NCBI GenBank assembly: GCA_044450345.1
Contig: JBIOIY010000002.1
Span: 64,001-128,000, forward strand
Length of the DNA stretch: 64,000 nucleotides
Source of the DNA: Thermodesulfovibrionales bacterium
Lineage (GTDB): Bacteria; Nitrospirota; Thermodesulfovibrionia; Thermodesulfovibrionales; UBA6898
Direction of reading: 5' to 3'
The notes below the pieces were generated by a model. That model worked only from the letters and a program-made list of their open reading frames with translations. It had not been told where the DNA came from and made no database searches. Of this stretch, positions 28,183-39,577 are shown one piece after another. Position numbers and translations under genes: made by a program. The first letter of the stretch is position 1. The number at the start of each line of letters is the position of its first letter.

Positions 28183-30801
28183 GTGTTTGGAATACTGAAA
28201 AAAATTATTGGCACCAAGAATGATCGCGAGATCAAGAGACTTCTCCCTATTGTAGAACATATTAACTCCCTGGAAAGCACCATCGGCACGCTTTCAGATT
28301 CTGATCTGAGGGGCAAAACTGCTGAATTTCGGAAGAGGCTCGAAAATGGAGAGACCCTGGACGATTTGCTTCCTGAGGCTTTCGCCGTGGCACGTGAGGC
28401 GTCAAAACGGGTCTTGAAGATGAGACACTTCGATGTCCAGATTCTCGGGGGATTGGTACTGCACGAAGGAAAGATAGCCGAGATGAAGACTGGCGAAGGC
28501 AAGACATTGGTAGCCACCCTACCCGTCTACCTCAATTCACTCGAAGGCCGAGGCGTCCATATAGTGACGGTAAATGACTATCTGGCAAAGAGGGATGCCC
28601 AGTGGATGGGGCCTCTCTATGAATTCCTGGGTATGAGCGTGGGGATAATTGTCCATGGTCTCACGGATGAAGAGAGACAAGTATCCTATAACTCCGACGT
28701 TGCGTACGGTACGAACAATGAATTCGGCTTCGATTATCTGAGAGACAACATGAAATATGACCTCTCCCAGTTTGCACAGAGGGAACTCAATTTCGCAATC
28801 GTCGACGAGGTGGACAGTATCCTGGTAGACGAGGCCCGCACGCCCCTGATTATTTCAGGCCCCTCTGAAGAGTCGACCGACAAATACTATAAAATCGATA
28901 AGATTATCCCAAAACTCCAGAAAGAGACCGATTATACTGTGGACGAAAAGGCGAGGACCGTCATACTCACGGAGGAAGGGAATATCAAGGCAGAAAGGCT
29001 TTTGGGAGCAGGCAATCTTTATGACCCTTCGAACATAGAACTTGTCCACCATATACTTCAGGGACTCAAGGCGCATACCCTCTTCAAGAAAGACGTCGAT
29101 TACGTCGTAAAGGATGGAGAGGTCTTAATAGTCGACGAGTTCACTGGCAGGCTTATGCCGGGAAGGCGTTGGTCCGATGGGCTTCATCAGGCCGTTGAAG
29201 CGAAGGAAGGGGTCAAGATAGCGAGCGAGAACCAAACCCTTGCGACAATCACCTTCCAAAACTACTTTCGCATGTACAAGAAACTTGCGGGCATGACGGG
29301 TACGGCCGAAACCGAGGCTGAGGAATTCGCCAAAATATATAACCTCGACGTTCTCGTGATCCCTACTAATGCACCCATGATAAGGGCGGATTACCCCGAC
29401 GTAATCTACAAGACGGAAACAGGTAAATTCAATGAGGCCATCAAAGAGATTGAAGAACTCAACAAGAAGGGACAGCCGGTACTCGTAGGGACCATATCGA
29501 TAGAAAAATCGGAACTCCTCAGCGGTCTTTTGAAGAAAAGGGGGATAAAGCACTCTGTCCTCAATGCGAAATACCACGAAAAAGAGGCTGAGATCATCGT
29601 CCAGGCAGGCAGAAGCGGCGCAGTGACAATAGCGACTAATATGGCCGGGAGGGGGACCGACATCATCTTGGGTGGAAATCCGGCAGCGATCGCAAGGGAT
29701 ATGCTGAGGGATATACCCGATTACACAGACGAGGATTGGCGTAAAGCTCTCACAGAAGCGGAACAAAAGTGCGCTGCCGACAAAGAAAAAGTCCTTTTCC
29801 TTGGAGGGCTCCATATCTTGGGCACGGAAAGGCACGAGGCACGAAGGATCGACAATCAGCTGCGGGGACGCTCGGGAAGACAGGGGGATCCGGGGTCTAC
29901 GCGCTTTTATCTCTCCCTGGAAGATGACCTGATGAGGATATTCGGCTCTGACAGGATATCAGGGCTAATGGGCAGACTCGGCATGGAAGAAGATATTCCT
30001 ATAGAAAACAGGATGGTCTCCAAGGCGATAGAGAACGCGCAGAAGAGGGTCGAAGCCCAGAACTTCGATATCAGGAAGCACCTTCTCGAATATGACGATG
30101 TAATGAACAAACAGAGGACAGAAATCTACGCGTTCCGGAAAGAAATACTGCAGGGCGGCGACAACCTCCGACAAAGGATTCTTTCGATGATGGATGAGAT
30201 CGTTGATGAGTTGCTCGCCATTTATTGCCCGGAAGACACAAGGTTCAGCGAATGGGACGTGAAGGGGCTGAAAGATTCCATGTATGGTGTTTTTTCCCTG
30301 GTACCGGATGACATTCCTGAAGATATACAGACGCTGAGGGAAAAACTCTCGGTCGACATCAGGGGACTATATAAAGCAAAAGAGGATGAGGTAGGTCAGG
30401 AGATGATGCGTTATCTCGAAAAGATGATAGTCCTCCAGGTCGTAGATACCCAGTGGAAGGACCACCTTCTGGCGATGGACCACTTGAAGGAAGGCATCGG
30501 TCTGCGCGGATATGGGCAGCGGGACCCCCTTGTGGAGTATAAGAGAGAGGCATTCGATATGTTTGGAGAGATGTCCGGGAGGATATCTGCAGAGATCGTG
30601 TCCAGGCTCTTTAAAATCCAGGTACAGAGGAATAATGAGGCGGTAGTACGAAGCCAGGAGAGAAGGGTTAACCTTAACTATAATAGAGGAGAAGGCGGGC
30701 CGGTGCAGCCCGTCACGAAAGGCAAAAAAACAGGGCGTAACGAACCCTGCCCCTGCGGCAGCGGAAAGAAATACAAAAAATGCTGTGGGGCGAATGAGTA
30801 A
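28183..30801 (+). CDS. secA: Preprotein translocase ATPase SecA
   Basis: [52 protein letters not shown]-terminal [17 protein letters not shown]. Confidence 0.98.
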   Translation: MFGILKKIIGTKNDREIKRLLPIVEHINSLESTIGTLSDSDLRGKTAEFRKRLENGETLDDLLPEAFAVAREASKRVLKMRHFDVQILGGLVLHEGKIAEMKTGEGKTLVATLPVYLNSLEGRGVHIVTVNDYLAKRDAQWMGPLYEFLGMSVGIIVHGLTDEERQVSYNSDVAYGTNNEFGFDYLRDNMKYDLSQFAQRELNFAIVDEVDSILVDEARTPLIISGPSEESTDKYYKIDKIIPKLQKETDYTVDEKARTVILTEEGNIKAERLLGAGNLYDPSNIELVHHILQGLKAHTLFKKDVDYVVKDGEVLIVDEFTGRLMPGRRWSDGLHQAVEAKEGVKIASENQTLATITFQNYFRMYKKLAGMTGTAETEAEEFAKIYNLDVLVIPTNAPMIRADYPDVIYKTETGKFNEAIKEIEELNKKGQPVLVGTISIEKSELLSGLLKKRGIKHSVLNAKYHEKEAEIIVQAGRSGAVTIATNMAGRGTDIILGGNPAAIARDMLRDIPDYTDEDWRKALTEAEQKCAADKEKVLFLGGLHILGTERHEARRIDNQLRGRSGRQGDPGSTRFYLSLEDDLMRIFGSDRISGLMGRLGMEEDIPIENRMVSKAIENAQKRVEAQNFDIRKHLLEYDDVMNKQRTEIYAFRKEILQGGDNLRQRILSMMDEIVDELLAIYCPEDTRFSEWDVKGLKDSMYGVFSLVPDDIPEDIQTLREKLSVDIRGLYKAKEDEVGQEMMRYLEKMIVLQVVDTQWKDHLLAMDHLKEGIGLRGYGQRDPLVEYKREAFDMFGEMSGRISAEIVSRLFKIQVQRNNEAVVRSQERRVNLNYNRGEGGPVQPVTKGKKTGRNEPCPCGSGKKYKKCCGANE

Positions 30802-32194
30802 AATATTTTCTATAGGCCAGGCCCCCCGCATTAAAGAAAAAGAAATAGCCCTAGCTTCTAGGGGAAACAGGGTATTAAAACTCAAGTCCATCAAGGACAT
30901 GAGATACCGGCCTGAAGACAGGCCTGATCTTATCATCGTCGATAAGAACCAAAGCTCCGAACCGTCGTTTAGGGAATTTCAGGCGTCCTTCAAAGATATC
31001 CCGAAGATCGTATTGTCAGCTTCCTACTCTTACACGGGATTCGCCCCTTGGACAAAGTATCCCCAGACCTATACGGTTCAGAATCCATCTGCAAGGGAAA
31101 TCGAATTTATTATCAGGAAGGCGCTTAAGGTTAGGGACCTCCTCGGTGAGAATCGGTCGCTGAAGGAGCAACTCGTTAATATGACATATGAACTCGAATT
31201 CTTCAATGAGGTCAGCAAGACCCTTACTTCGACGCTCGAACTGAATGATATCCTTACCACGATAATGAAGAAATCAAAGAAGCTTATAAAGGCCGAGACA
31301 TGGTCGATACTTCTCCTTGACGAAGAGACTGGGGAACTCGTGTTCGAAAAGATAACGGGCAAAAAGGAAAATACAACCAAAATAAAGAAGATAAGGCTCA
31401 AGATTGGCGAGGGGATCGCCGGCTGGGTAGCGCAGGAAGGTATTCCTGTGGTAATACCGGATGTTTCGATAGACAAGAGATTCTGTTCGGCGATGGACAA
31501 GGAAACCGATATCGGGGCCAAATCGCTCATATGCGTGCCGATAAAGAGCAAGGGGATTATTATCGGCGTACTGGAAATTGTGAACAAGGCGACCGGTACC
31601 GCCTTCACCAAAGACGATCTTGACATAATTATGAGAATCGTCGACCATGCGGCGATTGCGATAGAGAGAGCCTCGCTATATCAGAAAATGGCCGAATTGT
31701 CCATCACTGACGACTTAACTAAACTTTTCAATACACGATACCTGGACAGAACCCTTGAGATAGAGATTACGCGATCGACCCGCCACAAGTCTTCTCTCTC
31801 ACTCATTTTCATGGACATTGATCACTTTAAGATAACCAATGATAACTATGGTCATCTTATAGGCAGCAAGCTGCTTGTGGAAGTAGGACAGCTGCTCATA
31901 AAACGTTTAAGAACCATAGATATTGTGGCCAGATATGGCGGCGATGAATTTGTTATCGTCCTGCCGCAGACCGTTCCCAGTGCTGCGGTTCAGATCGCCG
32001 AGAGAATGCGCAAGGCCGTCGAACAAAATGTATTTCTCAAGAAGGATGGATATTCGCTTCATTTAACCGCAAGTTTCGGGGTCGCTTCTTATCCCGAGAG
32101 CGCAAAATCCAAAGAGGATCTACTGAGGTTGGCGGATGAGGCGATGTACAGGGTCAAATATCAGACACGAAATGGCGTTTATGCTATAGTATAG
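30794..32194 (+). CDS. GAF-domain diguanylate cyclase
   Basis: [11 protein letters not shown] domain, [19 protein letters not shown]-site and intact RYGGDEF. Confidence 0.92.
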   Translation: MSKIFSIGQAPRIKEKEIALASRGNRVLKLKSIKDMRYRPEDRPDLIIVDKNQSSEPSFREFQASFKDIPKIVLSASYSYTGFAPWTKYPQTYTVQNPSAREIEFIIRKALKVRDLLGENRSLKEQLVNMTYELEFFNEVSKTLTSTLELNDILTTIMKKSKKLIKAETWSILLLDEETGELVFEKITGKKENTTKIKKIRLKIGEGIAGWVAQEGIPVVIPDVSIDKRFCSAMDKETDIGAKSLICVPIKSKGIIIGVLEIVNKATGTAFTKDDLDIIMRIVDHAAIAIERASLYQKMAELSITDDLTKLFNTRYLDRTLEIEITRSTRHKSSLSLIFMDIDHFKITNDNYGHLIGSKLLVEVGQLLIKRLRTIDIVARYGGDEFVIVLPQTVPSAAVQIAERMRKAVEQNVFLKKDGYSLHLTASFGVASYPESAKSKEDLLRLADEAMYRVKYQTRNGVYAIV

Positions 32195-32196
32195 CG

Positions 32197-33270
32197 ATGG
32201 CGCTTTTTAATTACGCTACAAAGGAAATTACTCTCAAGATCGTCTATTACGGGCCCGGATTGAGCGGCAAGACAACTAATCTTCAGTATCTCCATTCTAT
32301 CTTAAATCCGGAAACCAAGGGGAGGCTGCTTTCCTTATCTACAGAGGCTGATAGAACGCTCTTCTTTGATTTCCTTCCCGTCGAACTCGGGAAGATTCGC
32401 GATTTTTCCATTAGGTTTCAGCTCTATACCGTACCTGGTCAAGTAAGATATAACGCCACGCGAAAGATTGTCCTCAAGGGTGCTGACGCGGTCATTTTTG
32501 TCGCCGACTCCCAGAGAGATATGAAGGAACAGAACATAGATAGCTTCGAGAATATGAGGGAAAATCTTTTCTCTAATAATATCAATCCTGACGAGATACC
32601 AGTAATTTTTCAGTACAACAAAAGAGATCTCAATAACGTCGCTTCCATTGAAGAACTCAATGCGGGGCTGAATCCCTATGGATACCGTGTGGTAGAGGCG
32701 TGCGCGATAAACGGCTCGGGGGTTGAGGAATCCTTTAAGCTAATTACCAAGCTTTTGCTGAAATTTATCGCGAAGAAACATCAGATAGAAATACAACAGC
32801 CTGAAAAAAAGGAAGAAGAAAAGTCGGTGGAAAAACCTGAGGCGGTTGTAGATAAACTTCCACCTCTTCCTGCTTTTTCTGTTTCTCCCGAGGTGCGGAC
32901 GGAGGTTTCTCTTCCTGAGAAGGCCATCATACCTGACAGCAGAGTGGTATCCGGTGAAGACGCAGTGTTATCGTCTGAAGAAGACCTTGAAAGCGGCTAC
33001 GGGCGCATACCGGAGCGAGAGAAGATCCTTTCTCCCCGGCCAGAGGAAATCCCTGTCCTCCCCGTTGACAAAGTTGATCAGATTGCTGAGGAACTGACGG
33101 GTCTCCATGGTATCCTGACAGATATTAAGAATTCGCTGTATGTACTAAGCAAGGAGATGAAAGACCTCAGGTCTATAAAGAAGGAACAGGAAGAGACCAG
33201 CCGCTCGCTGAAGGATCTTTCCGCCCGCTTCCAAGGGCTAAAAACGAAGAGACGCTGGTTCAGATTTTAA
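32197..33270 (+). CDS. MglA-like small GTPase with long C-terminal extension
   Basis: KIVYYGPGLSGKTTNL, RTLFFDFLP, YTVPGQ, QYNKRD; about 160 extra C-terminal residues. Confidence 0.9.
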   Translation: MALFNYATKEITLKIVYYGPGLSGKTTNLQYLHSILNPETKGRLLSLSTEADRTLFFDFLPVELGKIRDFSIRFQLYTVPGQVRYNATRKIVLKGADAVIFVADSQRDMKEQNIDSFENMRENLFSNNINPDEIPVIFQYNKRDLNNVASIEELNAGLNPYGYRVVEACAINGSGVEESFKLITKLLLKFIAKKHQIEIQQPEKKEEEKSVEKPEAVVDKLPPLPAFSVSPEVRTEVSLPEKAIIPDSRVVSGEDAVLSSEEDLESGYGRIPEREKILSPRPEEIPVLPVDKVDQIAEELTGLHGILTDIKNSLYVLSKEMKDLRSIKKEQEETSRSLKDLSARFQGLKTKRRWFRF

Positions 33271-33307
33271 ATCGGACTGAGACGCCCATGACGGCTGTTT
33301 CCTCCTG

Positions 33308-34711
33308 TTAGAGGAGATATTCAGCAAGATTAATCCTGTATTTATTGGGGTCCATTGTCTTCAAAATGGACCTGACGTATAAATCCCTATCGTCCTTTTC
33401 GGTCAGGTCGACCACATGTCCTTTTATCCTGCTCCCCTTTTCGTCGATTATGATCAGCACGCGCGGTCTTGCCGGAAAGACCTGATTGCTTTCACATACC
33501 AGCCCTAATTCCTTAGTGTTGAGCATGACCAAAGTGCCGATAGGGAACACGCCGACCATATTGACAAAAAATTTAAGAAGAAGCGGATCAAGCTGTGTGT
33601 TAGACCGCTCCATCATGATGCTCAATGCCTTGTCCGGGGCCATCGGTACTCTCGAATAGACCCTGGCTGAGGTCATCGCATCATACTGGTCAGCAAGGCT
33701 CACGATCTTGCTGAAGAAATCAATCTCGAAATCCTTCTTTACGCGCGGGTAACCCGAGTGGTCGAAGTTCATGTGGTGTTCGAAGGCGACAATCGCTGAT
33801 TTGATCGTCAGGGGGTCCAGCTTCTTCAATTTCAATAAAGCCTTGACTCCCCATACCGGATGTCTTCTTATAATGTTCCATTCAGAATCGTTAAAGTTCG
33901 ACGGCTTGTTGAGAATTTCGTTGGGTATGTCCATTTTTCCGATGTCGTGAAAAAGCGCCACCATACCGAGTTCCGTGAGTATCTTTCGGCTCAATCCGAC
34001 GCGCTGGCCCAATGCAATCGAAAGGATGCTGACGTTTACCGAGTGATGATAGGTGTATTCGTCGTAGTCCTTTATTGCAGTCATCCCAAGAAGAAGCTGT
34101 TCTTCCTCTAGAATCTGGTCCACCATAGTCTCGATTACCCTCTTGGCCATTCTTATGTTTACCTTCTCGCCGCCCTTTATTTTATTGATCACGCCGCGCG
34201 CATAGGAGACCGCATTAAAATAGGTCTTTTTGACCATCTTTCTTGGTTCCAGCGACCTCTCCTCCACGACCTTTTTGAGTTTTTCTACCGATATATTTCT
34301 GGCATTCGACATTTTTTCCGCTATCGCCTCGAACGGCGACTCCGCGTAGGGGGATGAAAGAAGAGCCCTTACGAGGACTTTAACCTCTTCTGCGGTGATC
34401 TTGTCCTTAAAGGCAAGACTGCCCAACTCCCTTTTCTTGAATTCCCTTATCAGAAAGTCGAAGTTCAAAAGGTATTCCAACGAATACCGAATGCGATAAT
34501 CGTTGATATAAAAATACTCACCTCTCAATTCAAGGGAAATCACGCGCTCGTGCTCGACGAGGAGGTTTATCATGGATACGAATTTGTCGATAACCGATGT
34601 AACGGCGACATTGTCTGGGTCGTGGATATGCGATGTCCGGAGTACCACGGAGAGCTGGTTGACCAGGTCTTTTCCAGTCTTGAATCTTTCTATATCTTCT
34701 CTATTGTCCAT
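33308..34711 (-). CDS. HD-GYP domain phosphodiesterase
   Basis: YTYHHSVNV, FHDIGK, EHH....SGYP, ADQYDAMTS.RVY. Confidence 0.9.
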   Translation of the reverse strand: MDNREDIERFKTGKDLVNQLSVVLRTSHIHDPDNVAVTSVIDKFVSMINLLVEHERVISLELRGEYFYINDYRIRYSLEYLLNFDFLIREFKKRELGSLAFKDKITAEEVKVLVRALLSSPYAESPFEAIAEKMSNARNISVEKLKKVVEERSLEPRKMVKKTYFNAVSYARGVINKIKGGEKVNIRMAKRVIETMVDQILEEEQLLLGMTAIKDYDEYTYHHSVNVSILSIALGQRVGLSRKILTELGMVALFHDIGKMDIPNEILNKPSNFNDSEWNIIRRHPVWGVKALLKLKKLDPLTIKSAIVAFEHHMNFDHSGYPRVKKDFEIDFFSKIVSLADQYDAMTSARVYSRVPMAPDKALSIMMERSNTQLDPLLLKFFVNMVGVFPIGTLVMLNTKELGLVCESNQVFPARPRVLIIIDEKGSRIKGHVVDLTEKDDRDLYVRSILKTMDPNKYRINLAEYLL

Positions 34712-36338
34712 ATTCCAGCCTCTTCATTGCGGAGAAGATGAGTTCCTGCATGAGTTTATTGCCGTCGTTCCTGTATTTGTTCAGAATCGGAAGTGCGTTT
34801 TTGTTCCCCAAGAGTCCGAGACAATATGCGGCACACGCCCTGTTCTCATCATTCTTTGCCCTTCCAAGAAAAGTCTTCTTCTTAAAAATTCCAACAACTG
34901 AAGCATATACTTCATCGTCTTTCCACTGTGAAAGGACCTCGAAATATTCCTTCTTTTCCTCAAAATCCTTGTCCTTGAAAGTCTTGTCCGCTATCTTATT
35001 CATGATGATACGCTTGGGTGCCTCCGATTTTATATTCCCCAACGCCCTCAGGGCAGCTGAACGTACCTGGATCTCCGCGTCTTCAAGACAGTCCCTCAGC
35101 GCCTGCAAAACCCCGCCGCCACCGAGCTCTCCAAGCGCGCGGATGACTTCTTTCTTGACTCTGATATCGCCGTGCTTGACCGTTTTAAGCAGATAATCTA
35201 CGGCCCTCTTGTCTCCTATCTTCCTGAGTATGTAAATAATATTTCTTACTACGTACCAGCGAGAGTCGCTTAACCCCTTCGCAAGAGTAGTAATGTCTTT
35301 GGTCCCCAAAAGGATCAGGGCATCGATCACTATCTTCCTTGCGTGAATGCTTTTCAGTTCCCCCAGTATTTTCATAAACGGTACGATCGCATTTTTATCG
35401 AGGAACTTCACAAAATCTTCAAAGAGTTTTTCTTCCATCTCCTGGCCGCTGTCCAGGATCTCCCCCAGGAGATTGATTATGGCTTCACTTCCCGCGAGTA
35501 AAAGTATCTTTTTGGCGAGCCTCTTTCTTTCCTCATCCTCGTTTCTGTCTTCGACCATTTTTCTGAAACGTGACAGGATGCGCGTTACCAACTGGATATT
35601 GCCGCGACCCACCGCGTACTCGATAGCATTCACGAAGAACCTGACTATATCTTCGATATCCTCCTTCGACGGCTGGAGATAAATCATCTCAAACAAAATG
35701 TCGGTCAGTTTATCGGTCTTATCCTCCGAATCTTTGTCAAATTCCTGCATCAGAAGCTGCAGGTCTTTGTCCGAAAGTGGCACGATTGAGACATCGTGTA
35801 CCAGCTCCTCTTTGAAGGCATCTTCGTATGCCTTCATTAGCGAGTCCTGATCAGGTTTCTTTTCTACGATCGCGTTCACCGCGCTCTCCTCATAGTCATC
35901 CTCATCAGCCAGGACCGTCTCATCGACTAAATACTGAATGTTCTGAAAGTCTTTCTCCCAAAGGAGCGTTACTATGTCGTCTTCCAATGCATCCCGGTTG
36001 AAATCCAATGAGATGATCTTCAAGAAATCTTCCATCTCCTCCATAGCAAGACCTTTTCTGAAGGTAATTTCTCTCAGGCCGTCCTTAAAGAAAAAAAGCG
36101 CGAGGTTATCTTCTTTTTCTAGACTCACATAGACCTGCTCAGAATCGAAAAATATTTCGTTCTGTTTTATCTTGAGGCACAGTTCGTCTTTGAAATAAAA
36201 GAACTCTTTGAATTTTTTGAAATCGTCCTCGATAGTGTTAATATAGATAGGGTTATTTGACGGATACATCCTTAGTATCTTCTTTGATTTGAGGAAAGAC
36301 TGGATTATGTCTTTGGCCTTCTTAAGTTCTTCGCTCAT
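34701..36338 (-). CDS. HEAT-repeat protein
   Basis: C-terminal repeats such as DSRWYVVRN, DIRVKKEVIRALG, EIQVRSAALRALG. Confidence 0.82.
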   Translation of the reverse strand: MSEELKKAKDIIQSFLKSKKILRMYPSNNPIYINTIEDDFKKFKEFFYFKDELCLKIKQNEIFFDSEQVYVSLEKEDNLALFFFKDGLREITFRKGLAMEEMEDFLKIISLDFNRDALEDDIVTLLWEKDFQNIQYLVDETVLADEDDYEESAVNAIVEKKPDQDSLMKAYEDAFKEELVHDVSIVPLSDKDLQLLMQEFDKDSEDKTDKLTDILFEMIYLQPSKEDIEDIVRFFVNAIEYAVGRGNIQLVTRILSRFRKMVEDRNEDEERKRLAKKILLLAGSEAIINLLGEILDSGQEMEEKLFEDFVKFLDKNAIVPFMKILGELKSIHARKIVIDALILLGTKDITTLAKGLSDSRWYVVRNIIYILRKIGDKRAVDYLLKTVKHGDIRVKKEVIRALGELGGGGVLQALRDCLEDAEIQVRSAALRALGNIKSEAPKRIIMNKIADKTFKDKDFEEKKEYFEVLSQWKDDEVYASVVGIFKKKTFLGRAKNDENRACAAYCLGLLGNKNALPILNKYRNDGNKLMQELIFSAMKRLEYGQ

Positions 36339-36385
36339 ACCTATCACGAACCTGTATCAATGATTAATAAGATGTGTCAATTGCG

Positions 36386-36664
36386 CTATACAAGAGACAC
36401 CCTTCTCTCTCTCGCGAAATTTCTAATTATCATTGTGGCGGAAAATAACCTCTGAAGTTTAAGGTTTCTGCTTCGTATCGCAAAGACATCGTGGGTCGGG
36501 AACCTCTCAGCCCTGATCTCATTCTGGACCTTCGATATCTCAACATAGAAATCACGCAGCGTTTCGTGCTCAAAGGATTTCAGAAACAACGGATTCACCA
36601 CCACGTATCCCTCCGCGATGTCATGAATGGTTGCCTTAAGACTCTTTCCCCTCACGTTTGACAT
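36386..36664 (-). CDS. Hypothetical protein
   Basis: 92-aa ORF overlapping the tatC end and filling the gap; no recognised motif. Confidence 0.6.
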   Translation of the reverse strand: MSNVRGKSLKATIHDIAEGYVVVNPLFLKSFEHETLRDFYVEISKVQNEIRAERFPTHDVFAIRSRNLKLQRLFSATMIIRNFARERRVSLV

Positions 36665-37427
36665 GCTTCTTCTTTCTATATAAAAATCTGGATACTAGTA
36701 TACCAATTTCATAAAGAATTATAATAGGGACAGCCATTAGGGTTTGATTGAAGGCGTCAGGCGTCGGGGTAAGAATGGCGCCGGCAATAAACGCAAAAAG
36801 TACTGCAAATTTTCTATTTTTGGCCAGCATTGCCGGAGTTACGATGCCTATGCGTGTCAGGAAGATAATCACAAGAGGAAGCTCAAAGATAACGCCAAAG
36901 GCGAGCACGAATTTGAGGCAGAAGTCCACATAGCTGCCCACGGACAACATAGGTGTCATATTCTGCGTCTTGTATCCCAGCAAGAAGGTTATCGCAAAGG
37001 GAAGCACGATGCTAAAACAAAAGAACGCGCCTAATATAAACATTGCCGTAGCAAAAAAAACGAAAGGCAATACATATTTCCTTTCTTTGTCGAGAAGCCC
37101 GGGAGAGATAAAGCGCCACAGCTGGTAAAAAATTATCGGGAGAGAAAGAATCAGGGCGGCGACAAGGGAGACCTTAAGGTGCATCCAAAAGGCCTCGGCG
37201 GGCGCCAGGAAGACCAGGGGGGCGGCTGTCTTCTTGATTATCTGAAAATAGGGGGAGACAGGGCTAATCTTGAGCTCGGACCTGAGTGGAAAGGTGATCA
37301 CGTCAAAAATCTTTTCGGAGTAATTGAAGACCCCGACAAACACAACAAAGATCGCGGCCAGAGAAACTAAAATTCTCTTGCGAAGTTCGGTAAGGTGTCC
37401 TGTCAGGGGCATCTTGTAATTTTCCAA
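36636..37427 (-). CDS. tatC: Twin-arginine translocase subunit TatC
   Basis: HLTELRKR, QLWRFISPGL..ERK, FELP, TPTPD, LYEIG. Confidence 0.96.
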   Translation of the reverse strand: MENYKMPLTGHLTELRKRILVSLAAIFVVFVGVFNYSEKIFDVITFPLRSELKISPVSPYFQIIKKTAAPLVFLAPAEAFWMHLKVSLVAALILSLPIIFYQLWRFISPGLLDKERKYVLPFVFFATAMFILGAFFCFSIVLPFAITFLLGYKTQNMTPMLSVGSYVDFCLKFVLAFGVIFELPLVIIFLTRIGIVTPAMLAKNRKFAVLFAFIAGAILTPTPDAFNQTLMAVPIIILYEIGILVSRFLYRKKKHVKREGKES

Positions 37428-37693
37428 TTATCCCTCTTCTTTCTCTCTGCAGGCTGAAAGCACATTTTCGCCTTTTCCTCTGACCGACGAGTCATCTCAG
37501 TTTCTTCGACGGCATTCCGCCCGGACTCGTCAAGCTCTGTCTCCATCCGCATACCGGGCATTATGTATACCCCCCTGATTTCATTAATCCATCACCGCGG
37601 AGTCCTGCCCGCTTCAGGAAGTCTTTCCGGTCCAAACACAAGCAGCGCCACCAAAGAAATTACTATGAGTTCCTGGAATCCTATATCAAACAC
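37428..37693 (-). pseudogene. tatB: Disrupted tatB/tatA-family gene
   Basis: GTG start gives [33 protein letters not shown], then in-frame TGA (37592-37594), then WINEIR; downstream sequence appears frameshifted; directly upstream of tatC. Confidence 0.72.
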
Positions 37694-37726
37694 TGCAAAA
37701 AACTGAAAAAATCCAAGGAGGGAGGC

Positions 37727-38509
37727 CTATTCTTCCTCAATAATTTTCTTGATCTCCTTCTTCTCCTGCGGAGACGTATAGCTGATCGAAATCAGAATCC
37801 TGTATTCGGGGGTTCTCTTGTTTAGGTCCGTGCCGATGCCGAGTGTGGTATAAAAAAAATCAGTAGTCTTAATTCTATATCCGAAACGCGCCTCCACCTG
37901 GTCATATTCATTTGAGAAATGGCTCTTCCTCACAAGAAGTTCCCCAAGCATCTTAAAGTTGTTGGCGGCGGAAAACTCTATGCCTCCCAGAAAAGTAATT
38001 TCCTCCCTGAGTTCTCCCGAACCCGGCCTTTCATAAAAGAAATTCATATGCCCCTTGAAAGGGCCGACTCTCTTGCTCATGATCAAACCTATACCGTATC
38101 TGCCATGCGTGCTGAATTCTTCACGGCCATTATTTAGTGAAGCGTTGATCACATAGGCCAGAGAAGGCCTGTATTTCCCCTCATCATAGAATCTGTGTTT
38201 GAACCCGACAGCGATATCCTCCATGCCGTCTATTGTGGTAGTAAAATTATATACGTAGGGCACGGTCAAATTGAATTCTACGGAATCGGAAATACCAAAA
38301 GCGCTCTTCAGGCTGAATCGATAAAAATTAGGGTCTTTCGATTTTTCAAAGCCGGTCTCAACGGCCACCTTATTCTTGGGAAGGCTCTCGGCACTGAAGG
38401 TGGAAAAGACGCTGTTGGGGGCTACAGGTTGGAGGCCGGAAACATCGAATGCAAATGATTCTCCGGAAAAAAGAAGAATCGCGATTATAAGAAAAATGGG
38501 TCTTTTCAT
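37727..38509 (-). CDS. Exported, probable outer-membrane beta-barrel protein
   Basis: Signal peptide, alternating aromatic beta-strand pattern, DGMEDIAVGFKHRF segment typical of MetA-pathway/transporter-like barrels. Confidence 0.6.
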   Translation of the reverse strand: MKRPIFLIIAILLFSGESFAFDVSGLQPVAPNSVFSTFSAESLPKNKVAVETGFEKSKDPNFYRFSLKSAFGISDSVEFNLTVPYVYNFTTTIDGMEDIAVGFKHRFYDEGKYRPSLAYVINASLNNGREEFSTHGRYGIGLIMSKRVGPFKGHMNFFYERPGSGELREEITFLGGIEFSAANNFKMLGELLVRKSHFSNEYDQVEARFGYRIKTTDFFYTTLGIGTDLNKRTPEYRILISISYTSPQEKKEIKKIIEEE

Positions 38510-38644
38510 TAATAGAAAAAATAGCAGAAAAATCTCAGACTGTCAATGAAACTCTCCTTTTTGAGTTCAGTGACGCCTGCGTTTCATTGACAAACAACGT
38601 CTATTATAACTATAATGAAACTCATTTATCTTAGGAGGTATTAT

Positions 38645-38977
38645 ATGGCTGAAGGGATTCTTGAGGTTACCACAGCTTCATGGGAACAGGAAGTCTTGAA
38701 TGAGAGCGGATTAGTGCTGATCGATTTCTGGGCAGTGTGGTGCGGTCCTTGCCGTATGATAGCACCGACAGTAGAGGAACTGGCGAAGGAATATGCGGGA
38801 AAGGTAAAGGTCGTAAAGTTAAATACAGACGAAAACCCCGAAATAGCCAGTCGATATAAAATAATGGGCATTCCGACGCTTATGTTCTTTAAAGCAGGCC
38901 AAAAAATAGATCAGATCGTAGGCGCTGTGCCAAAGCCGCAGCTTAAGGCAAAACTCGAAGCGCTGATTAATGCCTGA
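38645..38977 (+). CDS. trxA: Thioredoxin
   Basis: [26 protein letters not shown]. Confidence 0.96.
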   Translation: MAEGILEVTTASWEQEVLNESGLVLIDFWAVWCGPCRMIAPTVEELAKEYAGKVKVVKLNTDENPEIASRYKIMGIPTLMFFKAGQKIDQIVGAVPKPQLKAKLEALINA

Positions 38978-39039
38978 AAATCTGTCATTATTTTTCAGGA
39001 TCAATCGGTAATTTCAATTCACTTCATAATATCCCCGAG

Positions 39040-39570
39040 GTGTGGTTTGTGAAAAGAGCATTGCTTCTTATTTTTTTACTCATATCGCTGTGCCTTGTCT
39101 CATGCACAAAGAGCGACACCGGAACGGAAAAGCTTTCCCCTTCACAGACTGCAGGCATGGCGCCGGATTTCGTCCTTAAGGATATCGAAGGCAAAGACAT
39201 ACAGTTGTCCCGCTTCAAAGGAAAAATGGTCGTACTGGAGTTTTGGGCAACATGGTGTCCCCCCTGCAAGGCAACGATCCCGGAATTGATCGCAATGCAA
39301 GAGAAATATGCCGGAAAGGGGCTGGTGGTGCTCGGCATTTCCATTGATGAAGGCGGAGATCTTGCCTCGAAATTGTCTGCTTTTTCAAAAGCGAACAAGA
39401 TCAATTACCCGATATTACTCGGTAGCGAAGAGGTCTCCAGGGCCTACGGCATCATGAGCGTCCCAGCCACGTTTCTTATCGGCAAAGACAACAAAATCAT
39501 CACCGCATACAAGGGATACGTTGATAATCTTGAGGCCCTCATATCTCAGCAGATAGACAAAAACATATAA
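39040..39570 (+). CDS. TlpA-family thiol-disulfide oxidoreductase (lipoprotein)
   Basis: Lipobox-like LVSC, APDF, EFWATWCPPCK, SVPATF. Confidence 0.9.
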   Translation: MWFVKRALLLIFLLISLCLVSCTKSDTGTEKLSPSQTAGMAPDFVLKDIEGKDIQLSRFKGKMVVLEFWATWCPPCKATIPELIAMQEKYAGKGLVVLGISIDEGGDLASKLSAFSKANKINYPILLGSEEVSRAYGIMSVPATFLIGKDNKIITAYKGYVDNLEALISQQIDKNI

Positions 39571-39577
39571 AGAAGCC

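Noticed and set aside
37592..37594. The tatB TGA as a second selenocysteine codon
   Set aside because: The position is not a Cys site in TatB, I saw no comparable downstream hairpin, and additional frame disruption points to decay or error.
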